From Octopus vulgaris (Eukaryota), in NCBI GenBank assembly GCA_951406725.2, contig OX597817.1, forward strand, positions 110,546,001-110,610,000: DNA of 64,000 nt, written 5' to 3'. The notes below the pieces were generated by a model, which searched no databases, had not been told where the DNA came from, and saw only the letters and a list, made by a program, of their open reading frames with translations. The translations under genes and the position numbers were made by a program. Below are positions 1 through 10,965 of this stretch, piece after piece. Each line of letters opens with the position of its first letter. Position 1 is the stretch's first letter.

Positions 1-210
1 AGCTCTTTAACCTTGGTTGGTAACCTACCTAGGAGAAGAAAATCTCCGAAATAAAACCTGAAGCCTTGGAAGTTCTTGCTTTTGTCAATTTTCACGTCAC
101 ACCGGCGAAAGTCTTCTTGGGCCAATAGGTGGGGGTAGTGCAGTGCAAGCTACACTATCTGTGGTTGGAAAGGTTCTTGCCTGCATTTTGTTAGAACTTT
201 TAAATACCTT

Positions 211-274
211 CATATATATATGTACATATATATATATAGATATATATATGTACGTATAAATACATATATATATA

Positions 275-324
<50 letters not shown>

Positions 325-375
325 CATATAAATATATATCTAAATGTACATATAAATATATATGTACATATATAT
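211..375. repeat. (TA)n/(TATG) microsatellite
   Basis: Direct reading of the dinucleotide run; it explains the YIYIYI ORFs 97..327 and 220..429. Confidence 0.95.
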
Positions 376-488
376 CATCATCATCATTTAATGTCCTTTT
401 TCCATGCTAGCATGGGTTGGACGATTTGACTGAGGTCTGGCGAACCAGACTCCAATCTGATCTGGCAGAGTTTCTACAGCTGGATGCC
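376..488 (-). mobile_element. 5'-truncated RTE-type 3' tail (SINE or LINE end)
   Basis: (CAT)n-TTTAATGTCC...CCATGCTAGCATGGGTTGGAC...GTTTCTACAGCTGGATGCC is the reverse complement of the 3' end of the RTE at 59584-61214. Confidence 0.85.
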
Positions 489-638
489 TGTTAGGTTCTA
501 AGTTCACAGCTGAGGCGTGAGCTAGGATCCATGTTAGGCTTCTGTGTTAGCATGTATATATTAGAGGAAATGGACAACAAAAACCAAAGCAGGACAAGTA
601 TCTCAAGTCATAATAATTGAGGGTAAGGTGAATTTGAA

Positions 639-715
639 GTCTTACAGCTGTTTCGAGGATATCTCAAGTGGTAAGGCTAGGATGTCTGTACACTTGGTAT
701 TCTATCATCAGAGAC
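639..715 (-). ncRNA. Type I hammerhead ribozyme motif, degenerate (Penelope-type terminus)
   Basis: Minus strand reads GTCT-CTGATGA-[long stem II with CAAGTG/CACTTG]-GAAA-CAGCTG-TA-AGAC. Stem I is GTCT/AGAC, stem III is palindromic, and the triplet is GUA. The base of stem II is mispaired (position 10.1 is T). Confidence 0.65.
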
Positions 716-1140
716 AAGGTGTGTATGTATGAAAGTTCCATACAGGGAAATTCGCAGTTTATAAGGAATAAAATAGAAGAATAAAGAGTAAAAGCTGATA
801 GAAGAATACAGATAGGAGAATAAAGTTCACAGTTCATTTTTCCAGAGAGTATGGAGGTTGGTCTGTACTTTCATGGAGGTATAAGCCCTTAAGTATAATC
901 CCAGGTAAATCCAGGCAGTATTTTGAATGATGCATTCATGTTGAAGTAGGTATTTCCAATACTCTAGTCACTAAATGTGACAATTATAGTTTTCCTTTTT
1001 GGTTAAACATTTCAAACTGCTGTCTATTTTAATTTTATGTATACACATTAGCGATTTGCTAAATCATCCATAAATGTCTATGATGGAAACATATATACAG
1101 GCAGAGAATTAAGTCTGAAAATCTACTGAAGTAGAGCCAA

Positions 1141-1191
1141 TCCTTATTGATGAGGCAACAGAAATTGCAGAAACTGAATTCAGTATAAGGA
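1141..1191 (+). ncRNA. Type I hammerhead ribozyme motif, degenerate
   Basis: TCCTTA-TTGATGA-GGCAA(CAGAAA)TTGCA-GAAA-CTGAATTCAG-TA-TAAGGA. It has a 6-bp stem I, a palindromic stem III and a GUA triplet, with two departures from consensus (U3 and A11.1). Confidence 0.7.
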
Positions 1192-1382
1192 ATTTTCGAA
1201 TGGCATTTATGGATGATTATAGTCTCCGTCTGTGTATATATATATATACAATTATGTGCTTTGACAACAGGATTAGAACATTTTAGCTCTCTTATCTCTA
1301 GCAATGTAGGTGTTTCTAACACTTTAGTCACATTTAGTGACAATTATAATTTTCCTCTTTGGTAAAACATTGCAAACTACTA

Positions 1383-1422
<40 letters not shown>

Positions 1423-1424
<2 letters not shown>

Positions 1425-2270
1425 TACAATGGGTAAATTGTTACCATTTTATATTTTTAATTTTGCCATACACATTGTTTATTTTTGATTTTGTTGACTA
1501 CAGAATATAGTAGGGTCAGTTTGGACACCAGCTGTGAGAAAAATAGCACCATGACACAATTTGCTCTGCCATAAACTTGGAAAGAACATGCTGTATTGCT
1601 TGGCATTCACGCCAAAAGCTCCAATACGAACAGATGATGAACACGCAGAACAACGATTGACTTGCCTTGTCCCCAAAACATGTACTGAGAGTGATAAAAA
1701 TCAAACATCCAGTCAATATCATGGTGTTTGGAATGATCACTAGTGATAGGGACATTATACATCCATTCATCTTCCCACACAGCCTCACACTCAACATGGA
1801 GGCCTGCATCAAGTGCCTGGTGGAGGTAGTGCTGCCTGAGTCAAGAGGGTGGCTGCTGGAAGACCCTAAGTCTGACAACAGGACTCTGCACCATGTCACA
1901 CAAGCAGGAGAACCCAGTCATGGCTGTCAGATAATTTCTGTGACTACATCACTCCTAACATCTGGCCACCTAACCCCCAGACTGCAATCCCTTTGATTAT
2001 TATGTTTCAGCATGCAGTTGAGTGAGAGACCAACAAAACTTCAACAGCAAAAAAAATGAACTGAAGGAAAGGATTATGGTAGCATTCACCAATTTAAGGA
2101 GACTGTCCAGATGAGTTGCAGGAGATTCCAAAGTCATCTGGAGGCTGTGGTTGAAGACAATGGCAATTTTATTGAATAAATTTACTATTTAGTAAATATA
2201 TCTGTTAAAATAAGATGTCAGTGTTATTTTCATTTTTGCTTAATTTAGACAATATATTCACCATACCCTG
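1423..2270 (+). mobile_element. DD37D (maT-type) Tc1/mariner element, internally deleted and decayed
   Basis: Homologous to 58595-59525 (HPVNIMVFGMITSD..HPFIFPH; WPPNPPDCNPFDYY). It ends in ...ACCCTG followed by TA and is flanked by (TA)n. Confidence 0.85.
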
Positions 2271-2390
2271 TATATATATATAATTATTATTTGAGGGAAT
2301 AAAATCCAAACTTACAAGGAAAAAGAATTCAATTTAGAAATACTAAATCAAATTCCACACAATATAATATATATAAAATATTATATTTTT

Positions 2391-2477
2391 AACCTGATGA
2401 GTGACTATATTTATATGCAAGTGATTTCTCTACTACTATAATCACTTCTTAAATATAGCAGCGAAACACGTGTTGTT
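2391..2477 (+). ncRNA. Hammerhead ribozyme motif with extended stem II
   Basis: AAC-CTGATGA-[CTATATTTA/TAAATATAG plus AAGTGATT/AATCACTT]-GAAA-CACGTG-TT-GTT. Stem III is palindromic, but stem I is only 3 bp. Confidence 0.55.
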
Positions 2478-2628
2478 TTTCTACTTATTACATACATTAT
2501 ATTATTCTTGTAATTTACTTAATCTTTACTTTTTAATTATTTTAATTTTAACTTTTCTATTATATGTAATTTTCTAGATGCTGTAATTTAATTATTCATT
2601 TTGAATTGATAAAAGGTGTTTTTTTCTA

Positions 2629-2673
<45 letters not shown>

Positions 2674-2677
<4 letters not shown>

Positions 2678-2762
2678 ACAAAATTATACACATATAAGAG
2701 GACCACATATATGTATATATATAATGTATGTGGTCCTCTTATATGTGTGTAATTTTGTCTTT
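2674..2762. repeat. Fold-back (inverted repeat) adjoining (TA)n
   Basis: AAAGACAAAATTATACACATATAAGAGGACCACATA is mirrored by TATGTGGTCCTCTTATATGTGTGTAATTTTGTCTTT. Confidence 0.85.
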
Positions 2763-5252
2763 TTTGTCTACATATTCATCTGTGTGCCACACTCACACCT
2801 TTACCTAAGCTTGGAGAGCTTGGTTTATTTTCAAGCTTGCAACACTTGAAGTTGCATGATGCCAAATCAAACTTGTATTAAATTAGGTGTGTGTGTATGT
2901 ATGTATATAGATACATGGATGGATCGATCGATCGATGGGGGTAATTTAAATATTCAATTTTTAGTATGTATTTGGATGCATATAAGAATTCTTATGCACA
3001 TCTATGCACATTTTGATGTACTTACTTATGCATATCTCATACACATCCATCTATTACTCTCTCTCTCTCCCTCCCTCTCTCTCATTCTCTCTCTCTCCCC
3101 TCTCTTTCTCTCTCTCTCTCCATCTCTCCACAAGCTACATACATGCATATATACATACAGAAATACATATATTCACAAAGATATAGATATTTACTATTGC
3201 ATTTTTATTCATATTTTTCGTTTTGTAGATCATTGTTTCTGCTTATGTTTATAATGATGAAGTTATTTCGTTTCATGGTTTGGTAATTCTTTCCAGGATG
3301 TAGGATCTCTGTCTCATCAACTATTGATTTGTTGGCAAAGTCAGAATATGAGCTTCTTGATAGATTTCAATGACTCACTGTGAAGACGAGCAGCTAACAC
3401 AATCATGATTACATGTTAATAAATATTCTCTCTGCATCCGTGTTTCTTTCCATTGGAATATCCTTTGATGCCTCAGTACATGGACACTTATCTGGGTATC
3501 CAAAAGATGTAAGCATCTGAACAAGTTACTTTTGTGTTGATATGCATTTAATTGAAAAGCTTTCCTCATGCTATGCTAGCACATAAGCTGTCATGCCCTG
3601 TAGCCATGAAATTAACAAAGGTAGATTTAACAATAATGGTTTCACAATATCTCAAAGTACCACTTGTGGCTATCAAGCCTTTGTTCTTCCATACCTTCTC
3701 AATGAAGTAGTAGCAGAAGCAGTTGTTTTATTATGAGCAAGTTAAAGTTTGCCTTTCTAAAAGCAAACATTTCTGTGAAACTCTCTCTTTAAAAAAAATT
3801 CACTGACAACAGCACTAGCCGTCCACTTCAAAATGTTTCATCATTATGATCACTACTACCACCATTATCAGCTTTGTGACCGTCATCATAGTCATCGACA
3901 TGGCGATGATGATCATCATCATTATATTATCAATTCCATTATCATCACTACTACTATTACCACCACCATCATCATCATCATCATCATGCTATGTTTAATG
4001 GGTCCACAAAGCATCTACTTTTTGTAAAGAAAGAAAAGAAATTGTTTCGATTTTCTTTCTTTATAAGTATGTGAACAAAAGTGAGAAAGAAAGGGTGAGA
4101 GAAATAGAGAAAGAGAGAGAGAGAATGACTGGCTTTGAATAGATGTTGGCATTGTATATAATACATTTCTTTGCATATAATTAAACATACATTTTTTTTA
4201 CTTACTGATATCTTCAAAGTCATTGTAGGAATCTTTTATTTTTATGTCAAATAGTAGCAACTATTTTAGGTTATATTCTACTTATTTTACCAAAAATGTT
4301 GTCTTTACACATGATTGTCTTTTTGTTTTTAAAATTATTTATATAAATCCACGAGATATTACAATAGAATGGTGTATGAGGTGGAAAAATATCTAAATCT
4401 AATTAAGATCCCATTTTCTAATATTTTTACTTTTGATCACTCTTCTGTATAAAATTTTACTTTTACATTTTTATAATATCATTCAGTGATTTTTTTTTTA
4501 CAAGAGTTATTTTAAAACAAATAGAATGTGATGCTATGACATTTTAAACCTTTCGTAATTATCATCATCATAATCAAGAATTTTACACTCCCTTTTCAGT
4601 GCTGGCATGGATTTGATGGTTGTCACAATCTGAGTCGTTTCTTATTCAGAATTACCATCTTTCTAGTTGGGTTTCAGGACCACATTTTGCCTATGTATTC
4701 TATTTTTGGCATGGTTTCTGTAGTTGAGTGCCCTTCGTAACACCAGCCACTTTACAATATGTACTTAAATGCATTTTATTGTGAGAGCAGCATACTAGAG
4801 ATTGTCATAAAAATATTTATTGCTCACTGCATCTCAGTGATGAGCCATTCTCATCAGGGCCAGGAAATCCTTCACTTCAGATCAATTACTGACAATTCAA
4901 TTGCTGACTAAACTCTTGTCAGTTCCACAATATGGTTATTGTTCTCACATCTGGAGCAGTGCTACAAATACACATACACTATTATTGTAGACTGCATCCA
5001 AAATAGCTGATTAGGAAAAACTCCCCAACCATCACACTACAACCTCTTGGACACAGACATGTGGTTAATTAAATACTGCCTCATCACAAGCTCACTGACA
5101 CACCAATTTCTTCTCTTCTCATACTAGCCACTATACATAATCATCTCTACAACTAAATCTTTTGGAATTCCTTCTTTGTCCATTTTTACCCCCTGTCATA
5201 GACATGTACATAAGCTAAAAATTTACATACAGAATATATATATATATATATA

Positions 5253-5396
5253 TCATCATCATCATAATCGTTTAACGTCCGCTTTCCATGCTAGCATGGG
5301 TTGGACAATTTGACTGAGGACTGGTGAACCAGATGGCTGCACCAGCTCCAATCTGATCTGGCAGAGTTTCTACAGCTGGTCAGATCCGATTGGAGC
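5253..5396 (-). mobile_element. RTE-type tail fragment with a short inverted segment at its truncation point
   Basis: Same tail as 376-488. GCTCCAATCTGATCTG (5345-5360) is mirrored by CAGATCCGATTGGAGC (5381-5396). Confidence 0.75.
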
Positions 5397-5502
5397 CTTA
5401 ATCAAAGGACATACTGTTATTATCATTTTTAAATTGTTACACTAGATAATAACAGTCAATGATATCTTCGCAAATTATATATATATATATATATGTGTGT
5501 GT

Positions 5503-5862
5503 GTTAAGAAGTTTGGTTCCCAACCACATGATTCTAGGGTCAGATCCACAGCGTGGCTTCTTGAGCAAGTGTTTACTACTGTAGCCTCAGGCTGACCAAA
5601 GTCTTGTGAGTGGATTTGGTAGACAGAAATTGAAAGAAGCTCATCATATATTGTACATATATGTGTATGTGTGTGTGTTTGTATGTGTCTTTGACTCCCC
5701 TCCCACTGCTTGACAACCAGCGGTCTGGCATAAGAGACTGATAGAATAAGTACCAGGCTTTAAAAGATGAGTACTGGGGCTGATCAGTTTGACTAAAATT
5801 CTTCAAGGTGGTGTCCCAGCAAGGCTGCAGTCTAATGACTGAAACGAGTAAAAGAATAAAAG
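5503..5862 (+). mobile_element. tRNA-derived CORE-type SINE (octopus OR-like), diverged
   Basis: Aligns by eye with the well-preserved copy at 15951-16360 (CTTGAGCAAGTG core; GACTGAAAC..GTAAAAGA tail). Confidence 0.8.
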
Positions 5863-6164
5863 AATATATGTATATATGATGGCAGTCCACTTGTGACGAA
5901 GGAAGACCATCACTGACCGTTAAGAACATTGTGCACCCAGACAGAATTATACTTACAATGTACACATATACACATCAAGAATATTTGTGTGTGTGTAAAT
6001 TGTTTTCCTGGTTTTAGTTATTGGCCTGCAACTTTGTTGTATCAACACCTTGAAGGATTTTTAGTCGATCATAATCATGCCAGTACTTATTTCAATCTGG
6101 TACTATTAACAATGAACAAGGCTGGTTTTCAAACCAATGTAACACAAACACATTTACCAAGTCC

Positions 6165-6802
6165 TTTGTGAGCCGCTCTCCGGCTATCTATCTGCGGCTT
6201 TATATAGCTATGGTAAGACTTCACCTAGAATTTGCATCACCAGTCTGGAACCCCTATCTTGCCCAGGATATTAATCGTCTGGAAGCCGTTCAGCGACGTG
6301 CAACCAAAAGAATACCCTCCATCAGGCATTTGCCATATTCTGAACACCTTACTTCCCTGGGCATGGATACATTGAAACTCCAACGTCTGGCAGCTGACTT
6401 AGCAGTCACCCATAAAATTATTAACCATTTTACAAACAATAACTCTGAGCACCTTTTCAAACTCCACCCGTCTAACACCCGTGGACATATTTACAGTCAG
6501 AAAACAACACAGCTCCCATGACTTTAGGAAACATTTTTTTACGCTGAGAGTTGCTGAAGCATGGAACAAACTGCTGGCATCAGTTGTTAGTTGTCGGAGC
6601 ACTGCATCCTTCAAAACTTCCATGCTTTCTGGGATTTGCCAACACTACACCTGATTTTCTCCCCTCCATATACACACAAGCATGTATCTGACTCATACAT
6701 TGTTCGCTTTCTAGACATTTGTACATTACTGCATAGACTTTATACGCACTTTCTGACAAGTTGTGGTGCACCTGAGCACTGTATACAATAATTTCATTAT
6801 TA
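6165..6802 (+). mobile_element. CR1/L2-clade LINE 3' end (RT C-terminal region plus 3' UTR)
   Basis: ORF 6168..6521 reads LYIAMVRLHLEFASPVWNPYLAQDINRLEAVQRRATKRIP, typical of the CR1 ORF2 C-terminus. It has an (ATT)n tail and a near-identical sister copy at 35646-36015. Confidence 0.9.
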
Positions 6803-7069
6803 TATATGTGCCATATCCCCACCCTCACACATATAGATGACAGCAGATACTAAAATCAAAACAAATATGCAACCAAGAAATCAGCATTTTGTATCTTGTC
6901 ACCAACACTGCCTTGTGTCCATTGATAAAACATGGAATTCAACTCATGATTACTCAATTCTACATATATACATAATTAAAATATCAAGTGACTTGCATGT
7001 GACAACTTATTGATCTTTATCTCTGAACCACATGTCTAATTCATTCCAATTCATGTCTGGAAATAGGAT

Positions 7070-7300
7070 AAGGTCCTTCCTGAGACATACAGACTCATAG
7101 GGCCAATTTCGTGATGTATATATTCCCACTGGATGTGATGCCAGTCCATCACGGGATGACTCATTATTACTAGCTGAGTGAACTGGAGCAATGTGGAAAG
7201 AGGTGTTTTTCTCAAAAAAACATGTTGCTCGGTCCAGGAATTGAAACCACAGTCTTATGTCCATGAGTCCAACACCCTTAACCATTAAGCCACATGCTTC
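7070..7300 (-). mobile_element. tRNA-derived SINE with a V-domain-like motif
   Basis: Minus strand: A box TGGCTTAATGG, B-box-like GTTTCAATTCC, and CCCGTGATGGACTGGCATCACATCCAG resembling the V-SINE conserved block. Confidence 0.6.
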
Positions 7301-7734
7301 CACCATGTCTGGAAATGCATGAAGCTCACTGGAGAGGCTCTTGGCACCAACTCATCTCTGACTTGAAGACAGTCAGGATCAATACCCTGAATGAGAAAAG
7401 AGCTCAGCATAAAGTCAGATCCAATTTACAATCAAATGATGGAGTCTACTACTCCAGTATCAGTGGCTGGATCTGTAAATCCCAGATAGGCCCGAATTCC
7501 CACATGAAGTGACGAGAGTCCAGTAATAGTGGTAGTAGTAGTAGTAGTAATGTAAATACACATAAGCATATCCTTTGTTGTAGTTGCGATATCTGAACCT
7601 TTACTCCTAATTTTTAGGAGTTTTTAATGTTTTTAATTTCAGTTATGAAATAGTATAGTGGACAAAAGTATTGAATCTTTATGTTAGTAATTTGGTGCGG
7701 AGTTCAAACCCACCCAAATCACAGACATATCTTT

Positions 7735-8132
7735 TATGATTTATCTTTTACTTGTTTCGGTCATTTGACTGTGGCCATGCTGGGGTACTGCATTGAAGGG
7801 TTTTAGTTGAACAACTTAACCCCAGGACTTATTTTTTTAAAGTCTGATACTTATTCTGTTGGTCTCTTTTTGCCGAACCATTAAATTACAAGGACATAAA
7901 CACACCAGGTGGTGGGGGACAAACACAGACACAGAGACACATGCATATATATATATATGTGTGTGTGTGTATGACAGGCTTCCTTCAGTTTTAGTCTATC
8001 AAGTCAACTCACAAAACTTTGGTTGGCCCAAAGGCTATAGTAAAAGACACTTGCCAATGGTGCCATGCAGTGGGACTGAATCTGGAGCCATGTGGTTGGG
8101 AAGCAAACTTCTTGCCACACAGCAATGTCTGT
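7735..8132 (-). mobile_element. CORE-type SINE (OR-like)
   Basis: Reverse complement of the 15951-16360 family, with an internal (TA/TG) microsatellite. Confidence 0.85.
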
Positions 8133-8231
8133 GCTTATATATGTATATATCTGAAAACAAGGTGATGCACAAGGCCCAGTTATCATGTTTTTATTCTCTC
8201 TACTATGGCTGGTATATTGGTTAGTGCATTT

Positions 8232-9578
8232 TATCATCATCATCATCATCATCATATGCTGGCATGGGTTGGATGGTTTGACTGAAGACTGGCAAGCCAG
8301 AAGGCTGCACCAGGCTCCAATCTGATCTGGCAACTGCTCCGCTTCCTAACGCCAACTGCTCCGAGAGTGTAGTGGGTGCTTTTTATGTGCTACTGGCATG
8401 GGAGCCAATCAGGCAGCACTGGCATCGGCCATGCTTGAATGGTGCTTTCTACATGCCAGTGAGGCAGCACTGGCATCAGCCATGACTAAGATTTCACTTG
8501 ACTCAACAGGTCTTCTCAAGTAGAGCATACTGCTTGATGATTGAAGGACACTTTTAAATGGGTCAGTTATACAACACTGGTATCAGCCACAGCTATGATT
8601 TCACTTGGCTTGTTGGAGCTTCTCAAGCAAAGCATATCTCCAAAGGTCTTGGTTGCTTGTCATTGCCTCTGTGAGGCCCAACATTCAAAGGTCATGCTTC
8701 CCCACCTCATCCCATGTCTTCCTGGGTCTACCTCTTCCACAGGTTCCCTCCACTGTTAGGGTGTGATACTTCTTCACACAGCTGTCCTCATCCATATGCA
8801 ACACATGACCATACCAGTGCAGTCATCTCTCTTGCACACCACATCTGATGCTTCTTTGTCCAACTTTTCTCTCAGAATGCTTGCACTCTGTCGTGTATAC
8901 ACACTGACATTACACATTCAGCAGAGCATACTAGCTTCATTTCTTTCAAGCCTATGCATGTCTTCAGCAGTCACAGCCCGTGTTTCACTGCCATGTAGCA
9001 TGGCAGTTAGCACATATGCATCATACAGTCTAGCTTTCAGTCTAAGTGAGAGGCCCTTTGTTACCAGCAAAGGTAGGAGCTTTCTCAACTTTGCCCTGGC
9101 TATTCTTATTCTAGAAGCTATGCTCTCAGAGCATCCACCCCCACTACTGACTTGGTTACCTAGGTAACAGAAGCTATCAACCACTTCTGGTTTTTCCCCC
9201 TGGCATATGAAGGAATCTGTTTTCTGTACATCTTCAGTGCTTATTGACCCTGTGCCACACACAAAAAATATCTTCCCAGTTAACCTTTCTTTGATATTGC
9301 TGCACCTCTTATGTGTACATAGCTTACACTGGGTACATCTTATGGAGTTTCTACCTATGCCTTTTCTACAGATCGAGAAGGGCCATCTACCTGAAGGGAA
9401 TTGTGATTTGTCTGCCTTCCTACTTACTAAGACCTTGGTTTTTGCTAGATTGACTCTAAGACCCTTCAATTCTAGACCTTGCTTCCACACCTGAAACTTC
9501 TCTAGTTCTGGTAGTGACTCAGCTATTAGAGCAAGGTCATCAGCATAGAGGAGCTCTCAGGGGCAGCCTGTCTTGAAT
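8232..9578 (-). mobile_element. 5'-truncated RTE LINE (same family as 59584-61214)
   Basis: Minus strand has ELLYADD and ORF 8918..9490 (GLRVNLAKTK...SFCYLG...MLHGSET), followed by the 3' UTR and a (GAT)n tail. Contains stops and indels. Confidence 0.93.
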
Positions 9579-10090
9579 GTTTATGAAAATGTTTTTGTCA
9601 TTGAACCCTAGTCTGAATGGCTGTAGATTTAACCGAATAATATATAAATATATATAACAAGAACAAGAATGAAGAAAACCACATCTTTAATTTGTGATTA
9701 TACCATACATTACCGATGATCATTTCTATGTGCTAGCATGTTTAAGTGATATTTAGATTTACTTGTCATACATGAAGAATTACCTTGGATGTTAATTCTA
9801 CTTGAATTTATTGGTATCTGATTGTTTGATATAGTTAACCAATTTCATTTAACACTGAGTGCTTTATAGATATTTGCCTGGATTTATTAATCCCTTTTAT
9901 TTATATATATATATATATAAAATAATAGTTATCGCCATACTAATATGGCATTCTTATAAAAATAAGAAAAAAGCTGTCCGCTTATTAGCTCCATGAGGCC
10001 ATCGCCTTAAGTTAGCTATTTGATACACAAACTGTATCCATATAACCTTCGAACAAGGGAGGTCAGTCACTCCACACTACTTGACCGGCA

Positions 10091-10132
10091 GCTACAGACG
10101 CGTTTCGGAGTATTGCCCCTTTTCAATGCAGC
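10091..10132 (-). ncRNA. Minimal type I hammerhead ribozyme, U3-A8 core variant, intact copy
   Basis: GCTGCA-TTGAAAA-GGGG(CAATA)CTCC-GAAA-CGCG-TC-TGTAGC. Stem I extends through GGCTGGC/GCCGGTC and CACCTACT/AGTAGTGTG. Confidence 0.8.
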
Positions 10133-10339
10133 GTAGCCAGCCAGTAGGTGTCGCTTCCGACAATCTCTGTTCGATGGTTTTATTTACCTAGTTTCGGTGG
10201 AATACATCCACTTGTTTTCAATAATAGAAATATTAAAATAACTAAGTCTCTCTAAAAGAGAACAGCGGCAGCGTTCCCGGAAAATAATAGTTATCGCCAT
10301 ACTAATATGGCATTCTTATAAAAATAAGAAAAAAGCTAC

Positions 10340-10381
10340 GCTGCATTGAAAAGGGGCAATACTCCGAAACACGTCTGTAGC
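10340..10381 (+). ncRNA. Minimal type I hammerhead ribozyme, U3-A8 variant (stem III CACG)
   Basis: Same motif as 10091-10132 with CGCG changed to CACG. Predicted cleavage is after C10375. The upstream stem I extension is cut off by the inversion junction. Confidence 0.7.
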
Positions 10382-10700
10382 TGCCGGTCAAGTAATGTGG
10401 AGCGACTGACCTCCCTTGTTCGAAGGTTATATGGATACAGTTTGTGTATCAAATAGCTAACTTAAGGCGATGGCCTCATGGAGCTAATAAGCGGACAGCT
10501 TTTTTCTTATTTTTATAAGAATGCCATATTAGTATGGCGATAACTATTATTTTCCGGAATGCTGCCGCTGTTCTCTTTTAGAGAGACTTAGTTATTTTAA
10601 TATTTCTATTATTGAAAACAAGTGGATGTATTCCACCGAAACTAGGTAAATAAAACCATCGAACAGAGATTGTCGGAAGCGACACCTACTGGCTGGCTAC

Positions 10701-10742
10701 GCTGCATTGAAAAGGGGCAATACTCCAAAACGCATCTGTAGC
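10701..10742 (+). ncRNA. Hammerhead motif copy, probably inactivated (G12>A, G16.2>A)
   Basis: GCTGCA-TTGAAAA-GGGGCAATACTCC-AAAA-CGCA-TC-TGTAGC. Both changes are CpG>CpA. Confidence 0.65.
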
Positions 10743-10965
10743 TGCCGGTCAAGTAGTGTGGAGCGACTGACCTCCCTTGTTCGAAGGTTATATGGATACA
10801 GTTTGTGTATCAAATAGCTAACTTAAGGCGATGGCCTCATGGAGCTAATAAGCGGACAGCTTTTTTCTTATTTTATAAGAATGCCATATTATATGGCGAT
10901 AACTATTATTTTCCGGAACGCTGCCGCTGTTCTCTTTTAGAGAGACTTAGTTATTTTAATATTTC

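Noticed and set aside
3-70. CTAGGAGAAGAAAATCTCC motif reminiscent of RTE 5' UTRs
   Set aside because: Too short and cut by the window edge to assign.
4836-4860. TGATGAG..CTCATCAG hairpin containing CTGATGA on the minus strand
   Set aside because: No correctly placed GAAA, stem III or stem I, so it is not a hammerhead.
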